A DNA stretch of 64,000 nucleotides from Candidatus Saccharimonadota bacterium (lineage in GTDB: Bacteria > Patescibacteriota > Saccharimonadia > Saccharimonadales > JAXHNE01): positions 9,983 to 73,982 of the forward strand of contig JAXHNE010000004.1 of NCBI GenBank assembly GCA_034520885.1, written 5' to 3'. This document shows, piece after piece, positions 8,883 to 19,876 of this stretch. A program made the translations under genes and the position numbers. The stretch's first letter is position 1; each line of letters starts with the position of its first letter. The notes beneath the pieces were generated by a model. The model did not search any database and was not told the DNA's origin. It saw only the letters and a program-made list of their open reading frames with translations.

Positions 8883-9057
8883 GCGAGTATGTTTAGTAAT
8901 TACGTATTCTCCTTAGCATCATTGCTGGTTGATCAAAATAGTAACAGATTGGTATACAGAGGTCAACCACGTCAGAAATAGAAAGTGATAATTCGCTTTC
9001 GTAACAGATGAACATACCAAGATATATTCATTTTATTTCCTACGGAGGCCAATAACT

Positions 9058-10572
9058 TTATAGTTGTATCGGTTGCCGGCGGTATTGTAATGCTTCGCTC
9101 ACGTGTCGTTCGTCGATATCGCTCACATCATCTATATCGGCAATGGTACGGGCAACTTTTAAGATCCGCATGTAGCTTCGCGGCGAAATATCCAATCGTT
9201 GGGCGGCTTTCGTAAGCAGTGATTCCGCTGCCGCGGTAAGCCGGGCGTGTCGTTTTAGTTGTTTGTTGTCCAGACCGGCATTGGTAACTATCGGATCATC
9301 ATAACGCTTTTGTTGGCGGCGACGAGCACCATCTACCCGGTTCGCGATATTTTCACTGGTTTCCTCGTTAGCTTCGGAGGAAAGTAGTTTTTCGTGCCGT
9401 ACGTGGTCGACATCTACGAAAAGGTCAATTCTGTCAATTATCGGTCCGGAAAGTTTACGTTGGTACCGTACGATCTGGCCGGGCAAGCAGGTGCATTCCC
9501 GTGTGCTGCCATAAAAACCACAGGGGCAGGGGTTGGCCGTAGCGATTAATGTGAAATCCGCCGGAAAGGTATGTGAGCCCTTTGCCCGGGACACGGTGAT
9601 GACACGGTCTTCCAGGGGTTGTCGAAGTGCTTCGATTGTTGCTCTGGAGAATTCCGGTAACTCGTCAAAAAATAAAACGCCTTTATGGCTGAGACTAATC
9701 TCTCCCGGTCGAGGTCGCTGTCCACCACCGATGATGGAAATTTCACTGGCACTATGATGCGGAGAACGAAAAGGACGTTCGTGTACGATTCCCGCGTACT
9801 CTCTGTTCGTGAGGCTGTGTAGGTGAGTGATTTCCAGTATTTCTTCTTGGGTGAGGCGCGGTAAAATGGCCGGAAACGCCTTGGCCAGCATGCTTTTACC
9901 GGTGCCCGGCGGACCGCTCAGTAGAACGTTGTGGTTGCCGGCCGCCGCAATCTCCAAAGCCCGTTTAGCGCGTTGTTGGCCAACGATCTCGCCAAAATCG
10001 GTTTGTTGGGTACCGCCGGCTTCTGGCGGCTCGAAGGGTTTCGTATGAAGACTCGCCACCTCTTTCGTTTTAGTGAATAGCCCGTATAGATCCTGAATGG
10101 TATTGAGCGGGATCAGTTCGATATCCGGTATGAGTTTGGCTTGCTCTACATTGGCCCGGGGGATAATAAAACGGGTAATTCCTTTTTTCTTGGCATCGAG
10201 CAGACTACCAATCATGCCGCGAATCGGCCGGATAGAGCCATCCAGGCCGAGTTCGCCAAGGAAAATGGTGTTTTTGGCGTCGCGTGGACTGCCTTGTTCA
10301 CTTGCTAGTAGTATCGCCGCGGCAATAGCCAAGTCCAAAGCGGGCGTTTCTTTGGGCATATCGGCCGGAGCCAGATTAATGGTTATGCGTTTTTTGGGAA
10401 AGCTGATTTTGCTGCTGGCGAACGCGCTGCGTACGCGCTCCTTGGCTTCGTCGACCGCCTTATTGGCAAAGCCGACGATTACAAGGTTGGGGAGCCCGTT
10501 CGTAAGTACGCACTCTACGTCAATAAGCGTTCCGTCAATGCCGGCCGCAATACTCGAAACCCTAGCGTTCAT
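9058..10572 (-). CDS. comM: Mg-chelatase-like AAA+ ATPase YifB/ComM
   Basis: It has a Lon-like N-terminal domain (GLPNLVIVGFANKAVDEAKERV), Walker A (LLSGPPGTGKSMLAKA), Walker B/sensor (VLFFDELPEF) and a C-terminal Mg-chelatase domain. The likely start is MNARVSS. Confidence 0.85.
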   Translation of the reverse strand: MNARVSSIAAGIDGTLIDVECVLTNGLPNLVIVGFANKAVDEAKERVRSAFASSKISFPKKRITINLAPADMPKETPALDLAIAAAILLASEQGSPRDAKNTIFLGELGLDGSIRPIRGMIGSLLDAKKKGITRFIIPRANVEQAKLIPDIELIPLNTIQDLYGLFTKTKEVASLHTKPFEPPEAGGTQQTDFGEIVGQQRAKRALEIAAAGNHNVLLSGPPGTGKSMLAKAFPAILPRLTQEEILEITHLHSLTNREYAGIVHERPFRSPHHSASEISIIGGGQRPRPGEISLSHKGVLFFDELPEFSRATIEALRQPLEDRVITVSRAKGSHTFPADFTLIATANPCPCGFYGSTRECTCLPGQIVRYQRKLSGPIIDRIDLFVDVDHVRHEKLLSSEANEETSENIANRVDGARRRQQKRYDDPIVTNAGLDNKQLKRHARLTAAAESLLTKAAQRLDISPRSYMRILKVARTIADIDDVSDIDERHVSEALQYRRQPIQL

Positions 10573-10619
10573 TTTTCCACCTCCCGTTTTGCGGAAGTAT
10601 AACATCCATAAAAGTAAAA

Positions 10620-11856
10620 CCCCGCTTTTCTTGCGGGGTTTTAGCTATAAGTTGGTGTGGTTTTTGCTGGTGTTTGATGTTGGTTTCTTTTATGTAACAA
10701 CGGCTTGCGAGAAGCCGTTGTTACAGTAGTCGTTTTTGTTTTTGAGCACTTTTTTTATTCAAGTGCTACCCACATCTTAAACAGCTACAAAACCGCTGTC
10801 AACATGTTTAAGGTTTATTTTTACATTGCCCTGTGTATAACTAGTGAGACTTTGTCTCGCCGCCAAGAAAATTCGGGGTTTGTCCGGGCAAGCGAAAACG
10901 TTTTCTTCATGCAAAAACGCATCAAAAAAACGAAGCGTCCAATTAATGCTTATTGACTGCCTCGTAAAGCGCGTAGGCGGAGTGCTTAGCGAGAATCTCG
11001 ATCTACATACTCGCTAATTTTGGAGGTGATTTCGTGAAGATTGCCAGCGATAATATTTCACGACCATAGCTTGTTGGTTGAGACAAGAGCGCCAATGCGA
11101 AAAAAAATCAAAAACCGACCATAAGTTCGCGAACTCCGTGTACCCGAAAGCTCATAGCCCTGAAAGCCCGAATCCACATAAGCATAACTAGTATTATGCG
11201 GTCATAAAACGATTTTCCCGCATGAGAGATGACTCGGATATTACCTTAAAAGGGTTCATCATAATGAACAATCCCGTAAAAGGTAATAAAAAACTAGCTC
11301 AAGCAGACAGGACGGGTTCATAAAATCTGTTCGTCGTGACCTCGTAATGCTGTAGCGTTTCTTCCGTTGCTTAGTGTCCTTTCGAAACACATATGATCGC
11401 GATACGCGTAAAACTCATAAAACGAACACGCTTTAGCTATGAAGAGTCGCCTTAAAATGGCGTTTTAAGGCGAAAAAAACCGTCATTTTAGCGTTCGAAA
11501 AATCACGCATGACGGGGCACTAATAGGAATTACCAAAAAGAAGGAAAAGACGAGCAACGATAACAAAAACACTTCGGATAGTTAACTAAAATGTACGACA
11601 TAAATTATTTTACTTACAACAATATTAATCGTGCATATAAAACGTAATCTATAATACTAAGGTGTAAATTATTTTAATTACAACAAAAGATTATTGACAA
11701 ATGTGATCTAAAAATGTATCTTACCATCAGTAAGTTGAAACAAAAACTTACCCGACGGCTCAAAATTAAGCCGATATCGCTCTCGTTTGAGAGCGGTCAG
11801 TCAAGCCACGGACGGCAAGCGCTACAAAGTCATTCACAAAGAGCGGATTTGCCGTC
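10620..11856. other. ~1.2 kb AT-rich non-coding region (no ORF >85 aa) with several hairpins
   Basis: GC content drops visibly. There is a hairpin plus T-run at 10700-10745 (taacaacggc ttgcgagaa gccgttgtta cagtagtcgtttttgtttttg). Other hairpins are at 11455-11480. Confidence 0.6.
11694..11722 (+). promoter_or_regulatory. candidate promoter (TTGACA-17-TATCTT) in the AT-rich region
   Basis: ttgaca aatgtgatctaaaaatg tatctt. A transcript from here would end at the terminator 11873-11905. Confidence 0.35.
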
Positions 11857-11872
11857 TTGGCACTAAATAAAC

Positions 11873-11905
11873 ACCCTACGAAACCAGTAGGGTATTTTTA
11901 TTTTG
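11873..11905 (+). terminator. rho-independent terminator
   Basis: accctac gaaaccag tagggt followed by atttttatttt. It lies inside the annotated 5' end of ORF 11857, so that gene probably starts at ATG 11926. Confidence 0.6.
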
Positions 11906-11925
11906 TAGCGTACACTTTAAGCAAT

Positions 11926-12273
11926 ATGCGTCGTATTTTAGGCAAAATTGGCATTTTTCTCAGCATCGCCCTGGTGCTTATTTTCTTCCTGTTTAACACC
12001 AACCCGAACCAACTTCCGCTCTTGTTGCTGTTCGTGCCATTTATTTTGGTGTATGTCTTGATGCTGCTTTTTTTTCACGAGATCGCCCGGCTATTTTTAA
12101 GGAATCTCGGCCAACACCAACGTCGCTGGATAGTCGGTTTTATCGCCTTATTGCCGGTCGGCTTGTTGCTTACGATGTCCGCCGGACAAACCGAAGCGAA
12201 CGACATCGTTTTGTTCGTGATATTCATGGCGTTGGTCATTTTTTACTTTAGCCGAATAAACTTCCTAAAATAA
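11926..12273 (+). CDS. small polytopic membrane protein (3-4 TM), hypothetical; first gene of the T4SS-like cluster
   Basis: MRRILGKIGIFLSIALVLIFFLF... with several hydrophobic helices. It may be a VirB3-like component, but the fold is not recognisable by eye. Confidence 0.4.
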   Translation: MRRILGKIGIFLSIALVLIFFLFNTNPNQLPLLLLFVPFILVYVLMLLFFHEIARLFLRNLGQHQRRWIVGFIALLPVGLLLTMSAGQTEANDIVLFVIFMALVIFYFSRINFLK

Positions 12274-12301
12274 CGGAAGATTTTTTGATATACTAACAGA
12301 G

Positions 12302-12712
12302 ATGAATCAAGAGAAGATGCCTTCAGACCAATCAAGTGAGTTGCCGCCTCCGGTCGAGCGGCAAGCAAGTTACGTCAACGAGCGGGAGTCGGCCAAAAAA
12401 GTCGAACAAGGCACTGTTGGCAGTTCGATGTCCGCTGCACCCCAGTCAAACGATTCGGGGTCACAAGCTGTGCAGGGTACTCCGCCCTCCTCTCAACAAC
12501 CGGCTCAACAACAAGCGACCAGGCAGGTAGTGACACCGCACATTGCCGACGATGAAGACTTGATTGAGAAAGAGTGGATAGAGAGCGCCAAACGTATCGT
12601 CGCACAAACCAAGGGCGATCCCCACGCGCAATCAGAGGGTATAGGAGCAATAAAAAATGATTACAAAAAGAAGCGATTCAATATTGATAACAACGTAAGC
12701 CAAGGGGAGTAG
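12302..12712 (+). CDS. Pro/Gln/Ser-rich low-complexity protein, hypothetical
   Basis: 136 aa. Its stop is immediately before the ATPase ATG at 12714. Confidence 0.4.
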   Translation: MNQEKMPSDQSSELPPPVERQASYVNERESAKKVEQGTVGSSMSAAPQSNDSGSQAVQGTPPSSQQPAQQQATRQVVTPHIADDEDLIEKEWIESAKRIVAQTKGDPHAQSEGIGAIKNDYKKKRFNIDNNVSQGE

Positions 12713-12713
12713 C

Positions 12714-15650
12714 ATGTTGGTGAGTATAATCCTCGGCTTTTTATTCGTACTCCTTCTGGGGTTGCCTCCGGCATTTATCATTGCCCGAAAATCACTCCGG
12801 GAACAGAAGAACTTTGAACGCGGCCTTAAAATGGTGCCGCTAAAAATACATTTACCGCCACAAAGTGATGATGCGGAAGCTGGCGGGCGGGACACGCGTG
12901 ACGTAATTGATGAAAATATCTCCAAGGCGCAGATTATGTACAACATCGTTGCCGGAACGGCGCACCAGGGCTTCATGAATAAGTTTTTTTACGGGCAACG
13001 CCACATTTCCTTTGAGATCGTGGGCGTAGGAGGGTTCGTAGAGTTTTATACCGCCGTCCCGGTTTCGCTGGTAGAGGTAGTAAAACAAGCAGTGGTGAGC
13101 GCCTATCCTTCCGCGCAGCTAGAAGAAGTTCCGGAGTATAATTTATTTTCCTCGGTTGGGAAGATTAGCGGAACTGCCGGCGGGGAGCTCACCTTAAAAG
13201 AAAACGCCGCCTACCCGATTGCGACCTATCAAGACTTGAAACGTGATGCCCTACAATCCATGTTAAGTTCGTTATCTACCATTAATGATAACGATGGCGT
13301 GGGTATTCAATTTTTGATGCGCCCGGCGCATAGCGATTGGCGCAAAGAAGCTTCGGCCATTGCCAGTCAAAAACGAAAAGGAGAGAAAAAAGGTGGCGGC
13401 CCGGAGAAAGCTCTGGGATGGGTTAACCAGGCTTTCCGCGCCTTGACCGCACCTCCGGAAGAAGGAGGAGGTGGTGACAAACCGGAGCTTTCCAATGCCG
13501 ACCAAGCGGTTATTGATTCCATTGATGCCAAAACGCAACATCCCGGATTCGAGGTGATTATTCGTGTGGTAGCCTCTTCGGACGTATCACAGCGGGCACA
13601 AACAATAGTAAAAAACGTAGTTGCGGCTTTCGCATTATTCGATTCCCAAGGGAAGAATGGGTTTAAGTATACCCCGGCCAAGGATATCGAATCTTTCGTG
13701 ACGGCTTACATTATGCGATTCTTCCCGCAAGAAAACGACAAAAACGTTCTTAATACGGTGGAGCTTTCCACGCTATTTCACTTTCCGGACGAAAAGAATA
13801 TTCCAACGTCCCAGTTACAACGACAGGCCTCCAAGCAAGTCGATGGCCCGCGCAATATGAGTGAAGACGGAATGTTGCTCGGCTACAATCTGTTTCGTGG
13901 TGCCAAAAAACCGATTCGTTTGGCTCACGAAGATCGACAGCGCCACTTGTACGCGGTCGGGCAGACCGGTACCGGTAAGTCCACGTTTTTGGAGAACATG
14001 GCCCTGCAAGACATGCTGGCGGGGAATGGGCTGGCATTCGTGGATCCCCACGGTGATACCGCCGAAAAACTCCTCTCCATGGTGCCAAAAGAGCGCACCG
14101 AAGACGTGCTGTACTTCTGCCCGGCGGATATGGATTACCCCATGGGTCTCAATTTGTTCGAATACGTTGATGAATACCAAAAAGACTTCATTATCCAGGA
14201 ATGCATAAACATGCTGTACAAACTGTATGACCCGCAGCGCCAGGGAATTATCGGGCCGCGTTTTGAGCGCATTTTTACCAACTGCGCCCAGCTCTTGATG
14301 GCCGATCCGAACGGCGGCACCTTCGTTGATGTACCCAAGCTGTTAATTGACCCGCAGTTCATGAAGGAAAAGCTTAAGTACACCAAAGATCAAAACGTAT
14401 TGGACTTCTGGACGAAAGAGTGGCCGAACGCCCAACGCTCCCAGGACGCCGGTGAGGTGACCAGTTGGGTAGTAAGTAAGTTCGGAGCTTTCTTGAGTAA
14501 CGAGATGATGCGCAACATTATCGGCCAAAACAAGAGTTCCTTTAATTTGCGCGATATCATGGACAATAAAAAGATATTACTGGTTAATCTGAGCAAAGGG
14601 CGTACCGGTGATATAAATTCCCGATTACTGGGAATGATCTTCGTTATGAAGTTCCAGGCCGCGGCCATGAGTCGTTCGGACGTTCCGGAAAGCGAACGCG
14701 TTGATTTTGGGCTTTACGTGGATGAGTTCCAGAGTTTCTCCACCGACTCTTTCGCCACTATTATGTCCGAAGCCCGAAAGTATCGGCTGAGTCTGATCGT
14801 AGCCAACCAATTTACCACCCAGCTTACCGAGGAAATTCGCGATGCTGTCTTCGGTAATATTGGTACTATCGTGTCCTTCCGAGTGGGGCAAAATGACGTG
14901 GAAACGCTGGCTCGCTACTTCCAGCCGACATTTGACGGCGAAGATTTATTACGAATCCCCAACCACAACGCGGTGGTGAGGACTTTGGTGAACGGCGTCC
15001 CGACGGCGCCATTCAGCATGGCTACCATTCCGCCACTCGGAGAGCCCAACAAAGAGCTCTTCCTGGCATTACGGCAACTATCCGCCGCTAAGTACGGCCG
15101 TCCGAAAGCGAAGGTCGAGGCCGAAGTATTCGAACGGCTGGCTACCAAAGATTCACCGAAACCCGGGGTTGGTCAGTCCGGTATGTCTCCCGGCGGAGGT
15201 GGCTTAAAACCCGGAGCGGCTCGCAAGCGTCCGGGCTCCGGCCCATCATCGTTCCTGGATGATTGGTTAGCCAAGCGCAAAGCGGCACCGTCACCGTCCG
15301 GGGCGCCGACCGCAGCAACCAAAGCGAGTCCGCAGCAACCAGGAGGCCCTTCGAGCGGGCCCGCAGCGCCAAAGCAGCCTTCTTCCGCCCCACCGCAAAC
15401 GACTCCATCACCGGCATCCTCGTCGTCACCTCAAGCGGGCGCGGGGAGTGCTACCGGCCAACAAGCTTCGCCACCACCGACTCAGCCAAACCGAACCGAG
15501 CCGCAAAAAGCGTCATCTAACGAAACGCCGCCCCCTGCTAAAAAGACGGAAGGCGAGCTACATGTCCATAAAGACGACGGCACGGACGAAGACACTATCA
15601 CTATCGACAAAGATGGCACTTTGCACCGGGTCGGTGAATCGCAAGAATAA
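12714..15650 (+). CDS. type IV secretion/conjugation-type P-loop ATPase (VirB4/TrbE- or VirD4/TraG-like) with N-terminal TM anchor and long Pro/Ser/Ala-rich C-terminal tail
   Basis: It has an N-terminal TM helix. Walker A: AVGQTGTGKSTFLENMA...FVDPHGD. Walker B: GLYVDEFQSF. It has the EARKYRLSLIVANQFTTQL motif, typical of VirB4/VirD4/HerA-FtsK-like secretion ATPases. The C-terminal ~180 aa are disordered and PSA-rich. Confidence 0.7.
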   Translation: MLVSIILGFLFVLLLGLPPAFIIARKSLREQKNFERGLKMVPLKIHLPPQSDDAEAGGRDTRDVIDENISKAQIMYNIVAGTAHQGFMNKFFYGQRHISFEIVGVGGFVEFYTAVPVSLVEVVKQAVVSAYPSAQLEEVPEYNLFSSVGKISGTAGGELTLKENAAYPIATYQDLKRDALQSMLSSLSTINDNDGVGIQFLMRPAHSDWRKEASAIASQKRKGEKKGGGPEKALGWVNQAFRALTAPPEEGGGGDKPELSNADQAVIDSIDAKTQHPGFEVIIRVVASSDVSQRAQTIVKNVVAAFALFDSQGKNGFKYTPAKDIESFVTAYIMRFFPQENDKNVLNTVELSTLFHFPDEKNIPTSQLQRQASKQVDGPRNMSEDGMLLGYNLFRGAKKPIRLAHEDRQRHLYAVGQTGTGKSTFLENMALQDMLAGNGLAFVDPHGDTAEKLLSMVPKERTEDVLYFCPADMDYPMGLNLFEYVDEYQKDFIIQECINMLYKLYDPQRQGIIGPRFERIFTNCAQLLMADPNGGTFVDVPKLLIDPQFMKEKLKYTKDQNVLDFWTKEWPNAQRSQDAGEVTSWVVSKFGAFLSNEMMRNIIGQNKSSFNLRDIMDNKKILLVNLSKGRTGDINSRLLGMIFVMKFQAAAMSRSDVPESERVDFGLYVDEFQSFSTDSFATIMSEARKYRLSLIVANQFTTQLTEEIRDAVFGNIGTIVSFRVGQNDVETLARYFQPTFDGEDLLRIPNHNAVVRTLVNGVPTAPFSMATIPPLGEPNKELFLALRQLSAAKYGRPKAKVEAEVFERLATKDSPKPGVGQSGMSPGGGGLKPGAARKRPGSGPSSFLDDWLAKRKAAPSPSGAPTAATKASPQQPGGPSSGPAAPKQPSSAPPQTTPSPASSSSPQAGAGSATGQQASPPPTQPNRTEPQKASSNETPPPAKKTEGELHVHKDDGTDEDTITIDKDGTLHRVGESQE

Positions 15651-15652
15651 TC

Positions 15653-16216
15653 TCAGCCGCGCCGTTTTTTAGCGCGCACCAACACCTCGAATAATAACCC
15701 GCCAACGAAGCCGGCGGCGTAGAGCAATATAAAGAGTGTGTAATTGTACTGGAATCCGTAGTGTTTAGCGAAGTACAAAACCGTGATTGACCCCGCAAGC
15801 GCAATTAAACCGCCGCCAAGTACGCCGGACGGTCGAGCTATCGTTTTGCCCGCGGCATTGCTGATAGTTTCCACGCTTTTTTGGTGAACGACCTTGCTAA
15901 AGGCGCGTTGGGTGGGAGATAACCGCGAACGTACGTTTTTCATGGTTTTCTTGTAGCCTTCACGTTTTAGGTCGCCTTGGTGGTAAGCGGGGGGAGACTT
16001 AGTTTCTTGGGAGTTTAGCGGGGTATGTTCACGAGTTTCGGCAGTGCTTTCAACTTGTTCGCGCAGTGCTTCGATTTGTTCTTCGTTGGTTTCTTTTTCT
16101 TGTTCCGCCAGTTGTTTTACGCGCTCAATATTCTTCTTTGATTGTTCCGCGGAATCTACGTCGACTTCCGGTGTGGATTGTCGTTCGGGTGATTGTGGTG
16201 AGAGTCGTTCGCCCAT
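15653..16216 (-). CDS. coiled-coil protein with two C-terminal TM helices, hypothetical
   Basis: It has an E/Q/K-rich N-terminus and GLIALAGSITVLYF...LFILLYAAGFVGGLLF. It is convergent with the ATPase gene and overlaps the stop of the LPXTG gene. Confidence 0.45.
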   Translation of the reverse strand: MGERLSPQSPERQSTPEVDVDSAEQSKKNIERVKQLAEQEKETNEEQIEALREQVESTAETREHTPLNSQETKSPPAYHQGDLKREGYKKTMKNVRSRLSPTQRAFSKVVHQKSVETISNAAGKTIARPSGVLGGGLIALAGSITVLYFAKHYGFQYNYTLFILLYAAGFVGGLLFEVLVRAKKRRG

Positions 16217-17646
16217 TATTGTCCTCCGTTCGCGTAGTCCAGTCGGATGATCTGGGTTTCTTTACGCAGTAAATGCGCCCGTGCCAGGAAATATCCTACG
16301 AAAATAGTGACTGCCGTGGCAACGAGCATGCTTTCGCCCGGGCCGGTTTGCGGAAGAGTTCTCGTGGCGGTCTCGACCGTTTTGTTCACGGAGCGCGGCA
16401 CTTCAATATTTACGGAGTTTCCATAGAACGTATTATTCATGACCAGATCATAAGCAGTCGGATCAGAGGTGGATATAGGAGTTTCGGGGATCGGATCCTT
16501 AATCTCAACGGTGATAGTTTTTTGCACGGTTCGTCCGGGAGCTATGGTTTCTTCCGGCCAAACAATAACGTCATCGTCATTGATCTCGCCGCCGCTACGA
16601 TCAGTGATAGTGGCGTAGTGTAGGATGTCGCTGACATCTTCCTTTATGGTAAAGTCCGGCACCTCGACTTTGCCATCATTCTTAACACTTAAAGTGTATA
16701 CAATGCGATCGCCGGGTTGTGCCGTAGTACCGTTCGCATCATCAATATCTTGCGTAAGATTGCTGGCAGCCTTATCCAACTTTAGGCAAGTTTCTACGTT
16801 GTTAACTTCATCCGCTTCGGGGCAAGGATAACATTCTTCTTGGGTACTTTGGGTGCCAGGAATGTTGGGACACACGTCACAATCTTCGAAATTATACTGT
16901 ACCCCCTCTACGGCGGGACACACGTCACATTCTTCGACCGATGTTTGCACCCCGTTCTTGTTGGGACACACGTCACATTCATTAGTAGATTCTTGTACTC
17001 CGGGATCTGCCGGACAAGCATCTTCCGGCTCCGGCGGTGGAGGAGGCGGCGGTGGCGGTGGTGAGTACTTTCCGTCCGTCACGATATTGCCACAGTTGTA
17101 TAAGACAAAAACGGTATCACCGTGTTTGTTTGTCATTTTTAGTACTTTATAAGTGGAGTGACTGCCGCTATCGAATGCCCACAAGTTCCGCATGAAATAG
17201 GTAGTGTTTGCGATACTCACCGGATACTCGTCAGTTTGTTTACCGGTGCGCGTGACTACTGATCCACGACTTTCGCGTCCCATGGAGTCCAGCTGCTTGT
17301 TGTAGTCAGTCGACTTAATCCAAACGGTTTCTGCCTTTCCCAAGGTGCCGCAGTCAACTCCGTAGTATGAGAGGATTCTCTGAAAATCCCGGGTTTCATC
17401 CAGGCACATCAACCAAGCCTGGGTACGCGTATCGAATCCGCCATGGATAATATCGTTACTGGAGGCCGCCAGCGTTGGTTCCGGCGGGGAAATAACCGCG
17501 AACAACTGTACGAACATGCTCAGCACCACCATAACGACGCCGAGTCGGCGGAGTTTTTCTTCTTGCTTCAGCCGCCCGTAATAAAAAGCGATTTCGCCCA
17601 GAATACTGGGGTTGAAGGGAAGGTTGCTGACAAGTTTTCGAAACAT
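16216..17646 (-). CDS. LPXTG-anchored surface protein with signal/TM N-terminus, poly-proline tract, four ECDVCP repeats and a DUF11-like repeat domain
   Basis: It has an N-terminal hydrophobic segment (VVMVVLSMFVQLFAVISPP). It contains SPPPPPPPPPPEPED and 4x (E/N)ECDVCPxxxGVQ. DRIVYTLSVKNDGKVEVPDFTIKEDVSD matches the DUF11 conserved repeat. The C-terminus is LPQTG plus a hydrophobic stretch plus RKETQ, a sortase sorting signal. Confidence 0.7.
   Translation of the reverse strand: MFRKLVSNLPFNPSILGEIAFYYGRLKQEEKLRRLGVVMVVLSMFVQLFAVISPPEPTLAASSNDIIHGGFDTRTQAWLMCLDETRDFQRILSYYGVDCGTLGKAETVWIKSTDYNKQLDSMGRESRGSVVTRTGKQTDEYPVSIANTTYFMRNLWAFDSGSHSTYKVLKMTNKHGDTVFVLYNCGNIVTDGKYSPPPPPPPPPPEPEDACPADPGVQESTNECDVCPNKNGVQTSVEECDVCPAVEGVQYNFEDCDVCPNIPGTQSTQEECYPCPEADEVNNVETCLKLDKAASNLTQDIDDANGTTAQPGDRIVYTLSVKNDGKVEVPDFTIKEDVSDILHYATITDRSGGEINDDDVIVWPEETIAPGRTVQKTITVEIKDPIPETPISTSDPTAYDLVMNNTFYGNSVNIEVPRSVNKTVETATRTLPQTGPGESMLVATAVTIFVGYFLARAHLLRKETQIIRLDYANGGQ
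16855..17000. repeat. tandem ~55-60 bp DNA repeats (gggacacacgtcaca...) encoding the ECDVCP motif repeats
   Basis: Three near-identical copies of gggacacacgtcaca(t/a)tc are spaced ~57 bp apart. The adjacent GC-rich tract ggtggaggaggcggcggtggcggtggtg encodes poly-Pro. Confidence 0.8.
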
Positions 17647-17718
17647 TTTTCTTTTGCCTTATTTTTTTGGTGACGCTAGTGTTTATTTAATCATGAAACA
17701 AGGTGTTCAAGCAAGTGA

Positions 17719-19785
<2,067 letters not shown>

Positions 19786-19787
19786 TG

Positions 19788-19857
19788 TCAATTCTCAATT
19801 CTCAATTCTCAATTTTCAATTCGCTTCTAATTTCTAATTTCCAATTTCTAATTTCTG
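19788..19857. repeat. intergenic microsatellite: (caattct)x4 followed by (taatttc)x4
   Basis: caattctcaattctcaattctcaattttcaattcgcttctaatttctaatttccaatttctaatttctg, between the gyrB stop and the gyrA RBS. Confidence 0.85.
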
Positions 19858-19876
19858 TAACTGGAGGGAGGCACTA

